From: an uncultured Chloroflexia bacterium
Lineage (GTDB): Bacteria > Chloroflexota > Limnocylindria > Limnocylindrales > CSP1-4
DNA: 64,000 nucleotides
NCBI GenBank assembly: GCA_963734535.1
Contig: CAVTHS010000007.1
Span: forward strand, 1 to 64,000
Direction of reading: 5' to 3'
The notes beneath the pieces are model-generated. The model was not told the DNA's origin, made no database searches, and saw only the letters and a program-made list of their open reading frames with translations. A program made the translations under genes and the position numbers. Every line of letters begins with the position of its first letter. The stretch's first letter is position 1. Shown here one piece after another: positions 1 through 10,828 of this stretch.

Positions 1-379
1 GCGGGCTACCAGGCACAAAAGCGGACGCCCAGGTCGGGGAGACCGGCAGAGGGTTCGAATTGCCCCGGCCGGACGCTGAACCAGGCAGCTCCCGAGCTCC
101 GTACCTCGAAGCAGCTGGCCTCGACCCCCGCGCGCTCTCGTTTGTCGCCGCGGGATGCGGCGGGTGCGTCCGTTCGACGTTCCCCACGATGCCCGGCAGT
201 TAGCCGTCCGGTCTTGTGCGCGGTGCGCCCCGGTGCGCGCAGGCCGCTCGGTCCCGCCGCGGCACCTGCGCCGTCGCACCCCGACGTCCTGGGCCTCTCC
301 GGACCAACGAGGTGGCGATGCGTGTCGGCTCAGCGCCGCCGGAGCCGCCGCGCCCGCCCGAGCCGCACTCGATCGCCCT

Positions 380-950
380 TCCCCGTCCGGGGCGCGCCGG
401 TCCGATGGGGTCGGGCACACCGAGCGGAGCCGGCACCGCCCGCACTCCGCGCCCGCACCACACCGACTCGTAGAGCGCGGTCACCCGGTCGATGAGCTCG
501 AAGTCCTCCGTGACGAAGCCGAGCTCGAAGTTCCGACCGTCGCGGGCCTTCGCGCCGAGCCCCGCCCGGTGAGGTTCGCGCTGCCCAGGTAGAGCCAGGC
601 GCCGTCGACCAGGACGGCCTTGAAGTGGACCCGGGGGCAGATCTTCAGCTCGAGCCCGCCGCGCACCAGCGTCGTCGACCGGTCGAACGCGGCGCGGAAC
701 GGCCGGCTCGGCAGCTCGGCGTGGAGCAGCCGGAGCTCCACCCCCCGCCGGGCGAGCGCGCGGAAGAGCCCGAGCACCGGACGAAACTTCCCACCTTGCT
801 CGATCATCATCGCCTTCACGTTCGCGGTGGCGATCCACACCGACTCGCGGGCGCCCGCCATCTTCTCCAGCACCACGGTGCGGTGCAGCTCCACCCCGGA
901 GAGCAGCTCTGCGGCGATGGCTCGGGTCGGCGACGTGCCGTCCTGGCTAG
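380..950 (-). CDS. Phospholipase D-like (single HKD) domain protein, frameshifted; ends approximate
   Basis: ORF 481..1029 has the HxKxxxxD motif (RVHFKAVLVDGAWLYLGSANLT). The C-terminal part (GLGAK..RNFELGFVTEDFELIDRVTALYESVW) lies in the 200..838 frame, implying indels near 570 and 455. Confidence 0.75.
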
Positions 951-1005
951 CACGGCCCCCTGATGCCCACGCGCGCGCGACCCGAAAGGCGTACGCTGCC
1001 TCGCC

Positions 1006-1646
1006 GTGGAGCTCGCCGTGGCACCTCATCCGCTGCTCTCATTGCGCGCCTTCGTAACGCAGTTTCCGGAGCCCCTGGGAAAGCTCCCCAGGGACGGCTA
1101 CCGCGACCTGCTCGCCCCCGGCGCTCGGGCACCGGTCCAGGGGGCGGAGGAGGGGCCGGGGGCCATCCGCGATCTCCTCCTCCGTCACGGCGGCTACAAG
1201 CCGACCGGCCGCGGGAAGCCAGCATCGGAGTACCTGGTCCGGGCCGCCGCCGAGGGAAAGCTCGGTCCCATCAACGCCGCCGTGGACGTGGGGAACGCGG
1301 TCTCGCTCCACTCCGGATTGCCCATCAGCGTGGTGGACGTGGACCGGTGGCGGGCGCCGGTGCGGGTGGACATCGCGCCGCCGGGCGCCCGTTACGTCTT
1401 CAACTCCGCGGGACAGGAGATCGATCTCCAGGGGCTGCTCTGCCTCTTCGATGCCGAGGGACCCTGCGCCAACGCGGTGAAGGACTCGGAGCGCACCAAG
1501 ACGTCCGATGCCACCACCACCACGCTCACCCTGATTCGGGCGCCGCGGCCACGGCGAACCGGGTGGACGAGGCGGTGGGCTGGGCCTGGGAGCTGCTCGG
1601 CCGCGTGGGCGCGACGGTGGACCGGGTGGAGCTGACCGCCGGCTAG
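1006..1646 (+). CDS. B3/4 domain (PheT beta-subunit editing-like) protein, frameshift near 1540
   Basis: RHGGYKPTGRGKPASEYL..INAAVDVGNAVSLHSGLPISVVD motif. The C-terminus (NRVDEAVGWAWELLGRVGATV) is in the 963..1646 frame. Confidence 0.75.
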
Positions 1647-2083
1647 GACATCTCGCTCAGCTCGACGACGCGGGTGCTTGAGCGTCGCTCCAGCGCCGTG
1701 AGCACCGCGCGGTCCCGCGCCGCCACCCGGAACAGCGTGGCATCGAGCAGCTCGATGCGCATCCGCAGCTCGCCCGGGGTGTCGCCGGTCCGTGGCAGGC
1801 GCGCCCAGCCGTCGAGCCGGACGTCCACCGGCGCGTGCAGTACCTTGGCCAGCCCGGTGAGCTGCTCCCAGCTGAGCGAGAGCCCGAACTTCCGCGACGA
1901 TGCCTGGGACTCCAGATTCTTCAGCCCCGCCGGCCAGGCCGCGGCCACGTCGTCACGCGTCTCGATGTAGCGGAGCGTCCACCGCAGCCGGGACGCCGGG
2001 GGGTCCGCGAGCTGGAGAATCTCGGCGAGGCTTCCGCCCAGCTTGCCGTGCTCATCCGTGTCGAAGATTTCCAGGGCGCGCAT
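1643..2083 (-). CDS. Hypothetical protein
   Basis: 146-aa ORF with globular, non-shadow composition and an ATG start. Confidence 0.55.
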   Translation of the reverse strand: MRALEIFDTDEHGKLGGSLAEILQLADPPASRLRWTLRYIETRDDVAAAWPAGLKNLESQASSRKFGLSLSWEQLTGLAKVLHAPVDVRLDGWARLPRTGDTPGELRMRIELLDATLFRVAARDRAVLTALERRSSTRVVELSEMS

Positions 2084-2189
2084 CGATTCAGCCTCGAACG
2101 ATACGCGGAAACGGCCGGGAACCCGTGCGGGCGGTGGTGCACTGAACGCATACCTGCGCGCACCCCCGAACGCGCGCCGGGACGCGATG

Positions 2190-3830
2190 TCAGAAGTTGA
2201 CCGATGCGCGGACGTACACGCTGCGTCCAGGGGCCCAGTGGCTCCCGTTGAAGCCGTTGTAGAGGCGGTAGGCGTACACCGCGTCGAACAGGTTCACGAC
2301 GTCGATCGCCAGGGTCGGCTTGAGCGGCAGGTTCAGAAGTCGTGAGCGAGTGTCAGGTCGACCCGGACCCAGCCGGGTACGTGACTCTCGTTGTCGGCGC
2401 CGGTCCGCAGCCCGCTCCCGTACCCGAGCAACGCCGAGACCAGCGTGGCTCCCTCGCGGTACGCGAGCCCCGCGTTCGCGGTCCAGGTCTGCGCGTGGTC
2501 CAGCGTCTGCCAGGCCTGGTTCGCCAGGTCGGCCGGGGTGAAGAGGTACTTGGCGCTGGAGATACCCCTGCCCTGCGCGGTCCCGAAGGTGACGTTCCCG
2601 AACGCGGTGAGCTTCTGGGTGATGACCGCGTCCACCGTGGCCTCGATGCCCGCCGCCCTGCCCTGGGAGAAGTTGTACGGCGTGGTGATGCCGGTGTTCT
2701 GGATCTCCGCCTCGTCGAGCTGGTCGTTGGAGACGCGTCCCCAGAAGTTGAGCCCGAGCGACAGCGCCGGGAGCACCCGGGCCTTGACGCCCACCTCGGC
2801 GTAGGCGTCCTTCTCCGGCTTCAGCGTGTAGGGGATGGGCTCGTTCGGCGGGACCGCGTTCGTGAGCCGCGCGCCAGCCGCGACGTCGAGCACCGACGGC
2901 GGGATCCAGAGGAGCCCGACGAAGGCGTGGGCCACCACGTCCGGGGTGAAGGCCCAGGCCGCCCCGAGCCGGGGCTGACTCCCACCTCGGTGGTGCTGGC
3001 GCCGCCCACCGAGACGGTCTGGAAGTCCACCCGGAGCCCGCCGGTCAGGGTCAGCTTTCCGAGCGCCCACCTGTCCTGGAGGTACGCGCCCCCGGTGGTG
3101 TTCTTCGGTGAGTCCGTGCCCTGGCCGGTGCTCGCGTAGTAGGGCGGCGGCGGGGGCGGTGGCGTGAGCTGCGAGTACGCCTGGTAGGTGCTGGTCCCCC
3201 AGAGCTGGTTCAGCGCAACGCCGAACTTGAGCGTGTGCCGGTCGCCGATCCGCTGCAGGTAGTCGGCGACCAGGCCGACGTCTGTGGCCCGGCGATCGAG
3301 GTTGCTGACGCCGCGACACTCGATGTCCGCGGTGCAGGGCTCCTGCGCAGGCCCGAGCACGACGGATGGGTCCCCGAAGAAGCTCGCCGTGGAGTAGCGG
3401 AAGAAGGCCGCGACCCGGAGCGACTTCGCGGTGTCGAAGTCGCCGGTAGGAGACGATGCCGAAGAGATCGTTCTCTCCTTCGGTCTGCTGGCTATTCGGA
3501 GGGAAGTACGGCGCCGGCGGGTTGCCGTACGCATCGGGCGCGGTGGCCCCGGGCTGCTGGGTGGGGTCGACCGGGATCTGGAACTGGTTGTGCGAATAGG
3601 CGATCAGCGCCGTCAGGTGGTCGCGGTCGTTGAAGTCCACGTCCACCTTGCCGAACACCCGCCCCTGTTGTGACTTGTCCCAGACGTACGTCGCCGGGTT
3701 CGGCGGATCGATCTCCCCGGTTGGTCCAGGTGAAGCTGCCTCCGGTCATGTACGAGACCGACCCGAGCTTCTGCCCCCAGAACGCGCTGGGGGTCCAGGT
3801 GTTGTAGCTGCCGTACAGCAGCTCGGCCTG
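2190..3830 (-). CDS. TonB-dependent outer-membrane receptor, C-terminal beta-barrel part (N-terminus missing, several frameshifts)
   Basis: Barrel strands across frames (GAYLQDRWALGKLTLTGGLRVD; AGIEATVDAVITQKLTAFGNVTF; VRVDLTL). Ends in AIDVVNLFD..PGRSVYVRASVNF* with a terminal Phe. Confidence 0.8.
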
Positions 3831-4270
3831 GCTTCTCGGCGCGGCGCTCATCCTCGTCGCGATCCTGCCCCGGATCGCCGTCGCGCTCCCCGCCCTGACG
3901 CTGGCGGGATTCGGCGCGATCGGCATGGCGGCGACCGGGAACACCACGATCCAGACGGTCGTCCCGGATGAGCTGCGCGGCCGCGTCATGAGCGTCTACA
4001 CCACGGTCTTCGCCGGGTCGACGCCGATCGGCGCGATCTTCGCCGGTGCGATCGCATCGGCCGCGGACCCCGTCGTGGCCACTGGCGGCCGGCGGCGTCG
4101 GCACGCTGGGCGTGGGCATCGTGGGGCTGCTCTGGCTGCGCCGGAACCGTGAGGTGGCGGATCTGACACCGCAAGAGGCGACGGCCGCGAGCAGCATCCG
4201 CGGCGCCGCTCACGTTCTCGAGGGCGCCGAGGGAGAGCCGCGCAGGCGCCCCGGAACGGCGACGCCCTAG
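3830..4270 (+). CDS. MFS transporter, C-terminal fragment (frameshifted)
   Basis: TTIQTVVPDELRGRVMSVYTTVFAGSTPIGAIFAG is a typical MFS helix 10-11 motif. No N-terminal half is present. Confidence 0.7.
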
Positions 4271-4639
4271 CTCGCCGACCTCGGCGGCGACGCCGCACCG
4301 GCCAACCCGAACCCGACCTTACCCGTCACACCCGCGCCGACCCTCGGCGGCGACACCGGACTCGGCGAACCGGAACCCGCCGCGACCCGCGCCGACCCCT
4401 CCGTGATCGGATGTCACGATCAGGATCGCCACCCTGAGCGTGGAAACGCAGCCTGAGTCAGGCTTGGCGCCGCTGCGGAGCACGCCGCGCCTCCGGATGA
4501 TCGGCTCGGCCGATCGCCGCGCACCCTGCAGGCTCCGCGGGACCGCCTGCCCTCCGAACCCCGCATCCTCGGCCCTTGGACGCTGCTGCCCGTGGTATCC
4601 GCAGCCCATTCGCTCACGCCGACCAGGGAGCGCAACCCC

Positions 4640-4668
4640 TTGACGCCGAGCGCCTGCGGGCGTAGCGT
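4640..4668 (+). promoter_or_regulatory. Putative sigma70 promoter of the BMC operon
   Basis: TTGACG (4640-4645), 17-bp spacer, TAGCGT (4663-4668). Confidence 0.55.
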
Positions 4669-4670
4669 GG

Positions 4671-4704
4671 ACAACACATGAGCACGGGATTGCACATTTG
4701 AGCA
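4671..4704 (+). promoter_or_regulatory. Tandem operator, putative SorC/DeoR-family binding sites
   Basis: ACAACACATGAGCA (4671-4684) and near-palindromic TGCACATTTGAGCA (4691-4704), 20-bp period, just downstream of the -10. Confidence 0.55.
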
Positions 4705-4708
4705 TGCT

Positions 4709-4759
4709 GGCGGGCGCGGCACGGCCGCGCATGCGGCGGGCGCGGCACGGCCGCGCATG
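4709..4759 (+). repeat. 26-bp tandem duplication ending at the regulator start codon
   Basis: GGCGGGCGCGGCACGGCCGCGCATG at 4709 and 4735. Confidence 0.85.
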
Positions 4760-5722
4760 GTCGAGCCGCTCTCGGGCGAGACGCGGCTGATGCTCCGCGC
4801 GGCCCAGCTCTACTACCGGCTGCACCTCACGCAGGACCAGGTCGGTGAGCGGCTGGGCGTCAGCCGGTTCAAGGTGGGTCGGCTCCTGGACCGCGCGCTG
4901 CGCGAATCGGCCGTCCGTATCGAGATCGTCCACCCCGCCGCGCGCCTGGTCGAGCTCGAGGACGCGCTGACCGACCGCTTCGGGCTCGGTGGCGCCGTCG
5001 TCGTGGATGATGCGTCGACGGGTTCCGAGCAGGACGATGAGGTGCTTGCGCGCGAACGTGTCGCGGGGGCGGCGGCGGTGCACCTTGCGTCGCTCCAGCC
5101 GACCGGGGCGATCGGCGTCTCGTGGGGCCGCACGATGCTCGAGGTGGCCGCACACCTTCGCCCGGGCTGGACCACGGCCACGGAGATCGTCCAGCTGAAC
5201 GGCGCGACCTCGCGATCCGCCCGCCCGACTCGCGCCCACGAGATCGTGGAGCGGTTCGGCGCCACCAGCGGCGCGGCCATCCGGCTGATGGCCGCCCCCG
5301 CGATCGTGGGCACGCCCGGGCTGCGCGACGCGCTCGAGCAGGATCCCTCCGTCGGCGAGACGCTGGCGGCGGCGCGCGCGGCGCAGACCGCGGTCTTCAG
5401 CATGGGCGTGCTCGGGCCCGAGAGCGTCCACGTCGCGTCCGGCTACCTTGGGGAGAATGACCTCGCCGCGCTCGGGGAGGCCGGGGGCGTGGGCGATATC
5501 CTGGGCCGCTTCGTGACGCGCGATGGTCACATCGCCCTGCCGTCGCTCGACCGGCGGACGATCGGGCTGCCCCTCGAGGAGCTCCGCGCCAAGGCCCTGA
5601 CCGTCGGGGTCGTCGCCGGCGCCGGGCGCGGCCCGATCGCCCTCGCGGCCTTGCGGCTGGGGTGCGTCCGCGTCCTCGTGACGGACGAGGCGACGGCCTC
5701 CTGGGTGCTCGACCATGCATGA
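4757..5722 (+). CDS. SorC/DeoR-type sugar-binding transcriptional regulator
   Basis: N-terminal HTH (AAQLYY..LTQDQVGERLGVSRFKVGRLLDRA) plus sugar-binding domain (IGVSWGRTM, GVGDILGRF, VLVTDEATA). Confidence 0.92.
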   Translation: MVEPLSGETRLMLRAAQLYYRLHLTQDQVGERLGVSRFKVGRLLDRALRESAVRIEIVHPAARLVELEDALTDRFGLGGAVVVDDASTGSEQDDEVLARERVAGAAAVHLASLQPTGAIGVSWGRTMLEVAAHLRPGWTTATEIVQLNGATSRSARPTRAHEIVERFGATSGAAIRLMAAPAIVGTPGLRDALEQDPSVGETLAAARAAQTAVFSMGVLGPESVHVASGYLGENDLAALGEAGGVGDILGRFVTRDGHIALPSLDRRTIGLPLEELRAKALTVGVVAGAGRGPIALAALRLGCVRVLVTDEATASWVLDHA

Positions 5723-6407
5723 GCGTCGCGGCCCCGGCGCCCCGTCCGACGACGAGGTCCGCGATCTCGTGCGCCGGATCGTCGACGCCACGCTGGCCGG
5801 CGATCCGGCGGCCGTGACGCGGGAGACGCCCGCCACACCCGCACCTGCCGGCGGTGCCGCGCCTGCCGGAGGCGCCGCGCCTGCTGCCGGCGCGCCCGCA
5901 CCCGCCGCCGGCGCCCCGCCGGCCCCGGAACGCGTCGCCATCGCGATCGGCGCCGACCACGGCGGCTCCGGGCTCAAGGACCGGATCGGCGAGATGCTGA
6001 CTGCGACCGGGTTCGCCGTCCACGACTGCGGCACCCACGGCAGCGACCCGGTGGACTACCCGGATGTCGCCCTCGCGGTGGCGCGCCTCGTCGCCGACGG
6101 GACGTGCCGCTGGGGCATCATCCTCGACGGGGCCGGGATCGGCTCGTGCATGGTCGCCAACAAGGTCCCGGGCATCCGGGCCGCCCTCTGCCACGATCTC
6201 TCGAGCGCTCGCAACAGCCGCGAGCACAACCACGCGAACGTCCTGACCCTCGGGGCGCGCTTCATCGGGGAGGGTCTCGCGATCGAGATCGTGCGGGCGT
6301 GGCTGGGGACGGAGTGGGGGCCGGGTCGCCACGCCGCGCGGGTCGACAAGATCAGCGAGATCGAACGCCGCTACATGAGACCACCGGGTGAGGATCGAGC
6401 ACGATGA
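5715..6407 (+). CDS. rpiB: Ribose-5-phosphate isomerase B with N-terminal encapsulation-peptide-like helix
   Basis: [54 protein letters not shown]. Confidence 0.92.
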   Translation: MHERRGPGAPSDDEVRDLVRRIVDATLAGDPAAVTRETPATPAPAGGAAPAGGAAPAAGAPAPAAGAPPAPERVAIAIGADHGGSGLKDRIGEMLTATGFAVHDCGTHGSDPVDYPDVALAVARLVADGTCRWGIILDGAGIGSCMVANKVPGIRAALCHDLSSARNSREHNHANVLTLGARFIGEGLAIEIVRAWLGTEWGPGRHAARVDKISEIERRYMRPPGEDRAR

Positions 6408-7291
6408 CCGAGACCACGAACGCGCGCACCGACCTTGTCGAGTCGATCACCCGCGAGGTGCTCGCCGCGCTTGCCGCCGGAGGCGTCAACGCGAAGCCCG
6501 GCGATCCGTGCCTCACCTGCACCGGCGCCTGCGCGTCCCGCTGCGCGACCAAGGTCCGCGACGTGGTCGCCGGGGGCGCCTCGCGCGTCGCGTACCACGG
6601 CCAGGCGGACGACGTCCCGGGCGACCTCGCGCACTACATCGACCACACGCTCCTTCGGCCCGACGCCTCGGCGGCCGACATCGACACGCTGTGCGCCGAG
6701 GCGAAGGAGCATCGCTTCGCGGCCGTCTGCATCAACCCGACCTGGGTCCGCCGGGCCGCCGACAACCTGCGCGGCTCGGATGTCGCCGTCGCGTCGGTGA
6801 TCGGCTTCCCGTTCGGTGCCGCGACGAGCGAGGTCAAGGCCCTCGAGGCGCGGCGCGCCATCCGCGATGGCGCCCGCGAGATCGACATGGTCATCAACAT
6901 CGGAGCGCTCAAGAGCGGGATGCTCGACACGGTTCGCGCGGACATCGCCGGCGTCTCGGATGCCTGCCACGAGTCCGGAGCCGCGAACAAGGTGATCATC
7001 GAGACGGGGCTCCTCACCGACGCCGAGAAGGTCGTCGCCTGCCGCCTGGCGCAGCAGGCGAAGGCCGACTTCGTCAAGACCTCCACCGGCTACGCGAAGG
7101 GAGGGGCCACCGTCTTCGACGTCGCCCTCATGCGGGAGACGGTCGGGCCGAAGATGGGCGTCAAGGCGGCGGGCGGGATCCGCACCGCCGAGGACGTGCA
7201 GGACATGATCGCGGCCGGCGCGACCCGGATCGGGGCCTCGGCCGGCGTCAAGATCGTGATGGGAGAGAAGGTCGCGCATGGGCAGTATTGA
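6404..7291 (+). CDS. deoC: Deoxyribose-phosphate aldolase with N-terminal extension
   Basis: [57 protein letters not shown]. Confidence 0.95.
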   Translation: MTETTNARTDLVESITREVLAALAAGGVNAKPGDPCLTCTGACASRCATKVRDVVAGGASRVAYHGQADDVPGDLAHYIDHTLLRPDASAADIDTLCAEAKEHRFAAVCINPTWVRRAADNLRGSDVAVASVIGFPFGAATSEVKALEARRAIRDGAREIDMVINIGALKSGMLDTVRADIAGVSDACHESGAANKVIIETGLLTDAEKVVACRLAQQAKADFVKTSTGYAKGGATVFDVALMRETVGPKMGVKAAGGIRTAEDVQDMIAAGATRIGASAGVKIVMGEKVAHGQY

Positions 7292-7907
7292 CCTCCGGGC
7301 GTACGTCTTCCTGGACAGCCTCCAGGCGCAGTACGCGGCGTTCCTCGGGACCGTGGCCCAGGGTTTCCTCCCGCTGGCCGGCGACGCCTCGCTCTCGATC
7401 GAGGTCTCGCCCGGGATCGAGATCAACCGGCTCACCGACATCGCCCTCAAGTCGACGACGGTCAAGCCCGGGATGCAGATCATCGAGCGCTACTACGGGA
7501 TGCTCGAGATCCACTCGCCCTCGCAGGCGGAGGTCCGCGCCGCCGGCGCCGCGATCCTCGCCGAGATCGGCCTGGGGGAGACCGACCGGATCAAGCCGAG
7601 GATCCTCTCGAGCCAGATCATCCGCCGCATCGACGACCACCAGGCGCAGCTCATCAACCGGACCCGTCACGGCCAGATGCTGATCCCGGGCGAGACGCTC
7701 TACGTCCTGGAGCTCGAGCCGGCGGCCTATGCCGCGCTGGCCGCCAACGAGGCGGAGAAGGCGGCCCACATCAACATCCTCGAGGTTCGGGCCTTCGGCT
7801 CGATGGGTCGCATCTACCTCGGCGGCGAGGAGCGCGACATCGACGTCGGCTGGCGGGCTGCCGTCGCGGCGATCGAGGGGCTCGAGGGACGCGAAGCGAA
7901 GCCATAA
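7278..7907 (+). CDS. Bacterial microcompartment tandem-domain shell protein (BMC-T, permuted/stacking type)
   Basis: [71 protein letters not shown]. Confidence 0.88.
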   Translation: MGSIDLRAYVFLDSLQAQYAAFLGTVAQGFLPLAGDASLSIEVSPGIEINRLTDIALKSTTVKPGMQIIERYYGMLEIHSPSQAEVRAAGAAILAEIGLGETDRIKPRILSSQIIRRIDDHQAQLINRTRHGQMLIPGETLYVLELEPAAYAALAANEAEKAAHINILEVRAFGSMGRIYLGGEERDIDVGWRAAVAAIEGLEGREAKP

Positions 7908-7990
7908 GTGCCCGCGTCCGGCGCGCATCCGCACCAGCACGGCATCAGCGAACAGGTCGAGTACAAGAGATCGAGAAGGAGTACGGATCG

Positions 7991-8299
7991 ATGGCAGAAG
8001 CACTCGGGATGATCGAGGCCCGCGGGTTCGCAGCGGTGGTCGAGGCCGCCGACGCGATGGTGAAGGCAGCCAAGGTCGAGCTCGTCAGCTACGAGAAGAC
8101 CGGCGGCGGGTACGTCACGGCCGTGGTGCGCGGCGACGTCGCGGCCGTGAAGGCAGCGGTCGAGGCCGGCGTGCGGAACGCCGCCAAGGTCGGCGAGGTC
8201 GTCGCCAGCCACGTGATCGCCCGGCCGCACGTCAACGTCGACCTCGTGCTGCCGCTCGGGCGGCTCAAGGAGGCGAAGGCCGAGGGCAACCGGGACTAG
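7991..8299 (+). CDS. BMC hexamer shell protein (BMC-H, EutM/PduA-like)
   Basis: [48 protein letters not shown]; GAAGGAG RBS upstream. Confidence 0.95.
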   Translation: MAEALGMIEARGFAAVVEAADAMVKAAKVELVSYEKTGGGYVTAVVRGDVAAVKAAVEAGVRNAAKVGEVVASHVIARPHVNVDLVLPLGRLKEAKAEGNRD

Positions 8300-8361
8300 G
8301 ACACGGGATCGGGCGCGCCGGCTCGACGCCGGCGCGCCGCTCCCCCAGCAGGCGGTGGAAG

Positions 8362-8649
8362 ATGCTCCTTGGACGAGTGACCGGGACCGTGGTCGCGAGC
8401 CAGAAAGAGCCCCTCATGGAGGGCTGGAAGCTCCTCGTGGTGCGCCAGCTCGACGCGCAGAACCACGAATCCGGCGGCTACGTGGTGGCCGCCGACGCGG
8501 TCGGGGCGGGCGTCGGCGAGGTCGTCCTCTACGCCACGGGCAGCTCCGCCCGGCAGACGGAGACCACGAAGGACCGGCCCTGCGACGCGGTGATCATGGC
8601 GATCGTCGACACGTGGGAGATCGGCGGGACCGAGGTCTACCGCAAGTAG
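8362..8649 (+). CDS. BMC pentamer vertex protein (EutN/CcmL family) #1
   Basis: [44 protein letters not shown]. Confidence 0.93.
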   Translation: MLLGRVTGTVVASQKEPLMEGWKLLVVRQLDAQNHESGGYVVAADAVGAGVGEVVLYATGSSARQTETTKDRPCDAVIMAIVDTWEIGGTEVYRK

Positions 8650-8662
8650 TGGGCAGAGAGCG

Positions 8663-10127
8663 ATGAGCGAGCTCAACGAGCGCGAGATCACCGAGATCAT
8701 CGAGCGCGTCCGGCGGCGGGTCGCGTCGGCGGGCGACGAGCGCCCGGGCGCCGGCCTGCGCGCCGATGCGGCGCTGGCGGCCGTGGACACGGCGGAGCTC
8801 GGCGACGGGATCCACGCCACGATCGACGAGGCCGTCGCGGCCGCCACGCAGGCGTTCCGCGTCGTTCGGTGCCCAGGGCCTCGCGGGCCGCAAGCTGATC
8901 ATCGACGCGGTCCGGCGGTCGATGCTCGATCACGCCGAGCAGCTCGCCCGGATGGCCCACCAGGAGACGCATCTCGGACGCGTCGAGGACAAGATCGTCA
9001 AGAACCGCCTCGTGGCGTCCAGGGCGCCGGGCCCGGAGGACCTCGAGGTCCAGGCGGTCACCGGCGACGCGGGCATGATGGTCACCGAGTTCGCCCCGTT
9101 CGGCGTGGTCGCCGCGATCACGCCGGTCACCAACCCGACCTCGACGATCATCAACAACACGATCAGCATCGTCTCGGCCGGCAACGCCGTCGTCTTCAAT
9201 GCGCATCCCAACGCGCGGCGCTGCTCCGCGGAGACGATCCGCCTCATCAACCGGGCGATCGTCGCGGCCGGCGGGCCGCCGAACCTGGTCTCGGCGGTGG
9301 CTTCGCCGACCATCGAGACGGCGCGCGCGCTGATGAGCCACCCCGGGGTCCGCGTCCTCCTCGTGACCGGCGGCCCGGCGGTCGTGCGCGAGGCGCTCAA
9401 GACCGACAAGCGCGCGATCACGGCCGGCCCGGGCAACCCGCCGGCAGTCGTCGACGGGACCGCCGACGTCGAGCGGGCCGCTCGCGACATCGTCCGGGGC
9501 GCGTCCTTCGACAACAACATCGTGTGCATCGACGAGAAGGTCGTGCTCGTCGTGGACTCGGTCGCCGACCGGCTCATCCGCGCGATGACCCAGAACGGGG
9601 CCTACCTGCTCAAGGAGCACGAGCTTCGGCGCCTGGAGCGGATCATCTTCACGGAGCTCGGCCAGCCCGGCAAGCCCGGCGTCATCAACCCGGCCTGGAT
9701 CGGCCGCGACGCGGCGAAGATCCTCGCCGAGATCGGAGTCCAGGCGGAACCGCCGCCCCGCCTCCTGGTCGCCGACGTCCCGCGGGACCACAGCCTGGCC
9801 TGGACCGAGCAGATGATGCCGGTCCTGCCGGTCGTCCGGGTCGGCACGGTGGACCAGGCGATCGAGCTCGCGGTGCGCATGGAGCACGGCTTCCGCCACA
9901 CGGCCTCGATCCACTCCACGAACGTGGAGACGATCACGAAGATGGCACGCGCCATGAACTGCAGCATCTTCGTGACGAACGGGCCCAACGTCGCGGGGCT
10001 CGGCGAAGGCGGCGAGGGCTTCACGTCGTTCTCGATCGCGAGCCCGTCCGGCGACGGACTGACGCGGCCGCGGACCTTCTCGCGCGAGCGGCGAATCACC
10101 GTCGTCGGCGCGTTGCGGATCGTCTGA
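8663..10127 (+). CDS. CoA-acylating aldehyde dehydrogenase (EutE/PduP-like) with N-terminal encapsulation peptide; frameshift near 8860
   Basis: PFGVVAAITPVTNPTST, LVTGGPAVV, AGPGNPPAVVD, catalytic FDNNIVCIDEK, EQMMPVLP, GEGFTSFSIA. Confidence 0.9.
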
Positions 10128-10129
10128 CG

Positions 10130-10823
10130 GTGGTTCTGCCCGCGGTCGAGCCGGCACTCGCGCTCCTCGAGCTCGACTCCATCGCGGCCGGCATCGAGGC
10201 CGGGGACGCGATGGCGAAGCGCGCCCCGATCGACGTCCTCCGGGCAGGCACGGTCCATCCCGGCAAGTACCTGGTCCTCATCGGCGGCGCGGTCGGCGAC
10301 GTCGAGGAGGCGCTCGAGGCGGGTCGCGAGGTCGGCGCCTCCTGCGTCCTCGACGTCGTGCTCCTGCCCAACGTCCACCCGGAGCTCGTGGCCGCCATCC
10401 GCGGGACGCGCCGCCCCCCTGCCGGGGAGGCGCTGGGCATCATCGAGACGGCGACGGTCGCCGCGATCATCGAGGCCGCCGACGCCGGGCTCAAGGGCGC
10501 CCACGTCCACCTCGCTCGACCTTCGCCTGGCCGACGACCTGGGTGGCAAGGGCTACCTGCTCTTCGACGGGACCATCGCCGACGTCGAGGCGGCGGTCGA
10601 GATCGGCGCCGGTCGGATCGCAGGTTCGCCCGGCCTCATCCTGCGCGTGATCCCGCGCCTGCACCCCGAGATGGCCGGAAACCTCGCCGCCGACGCGCGA
10701 TTCGCCGGCCGGGTCCGCGGAGCGGCCAGCGAAGGCGCGCCGGCTCGCCGCGACGGCGGCGCTGCTCCCCGGGAGGCGCCGGGCACGGCGACGTCCCCGG
10801 CATCTCGCGGCCGGCGGCGGTAG
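10130..10823 (+). CDS. PduT-like BMC-T shell protein; frameshift near 10515
   Basis: ALALLELDSIAAGIEAGDAMAKRA..TVHPGKYLVLIGG..ALGIIET..AADAGLKGA; after the shift, LRLADDLGGKGYLLFDG..IPRLHPE. Confidence 0.85.
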
Positions 10824-10828
10824 CCGGG

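Noticed and set aside
1-135. Structured-looking segment containing GGTTCGAAT (tRNA T-loop-like); possible ncRNA
   Set aside because: No cloverleaf, and no convincing SRP, tmRNA or 6S consensus by eye; truncated at the window edge. Needs an Rfam scan.
4270-4480. Imperfect CGCCGACC(C)TCGGCGGCGAC repeats and short hairpins
   Set aside because: Only two or three degenerate GC-rich copies, no regular spacers and no cas genes; not CRISPR or a recognisable element.
8850-8870. Programmed frameshifting as an explanation for split genes
   Set aside because: Indels are scattered across unrelated genes without slippery motifs, so sequencing error is more parsimonious.
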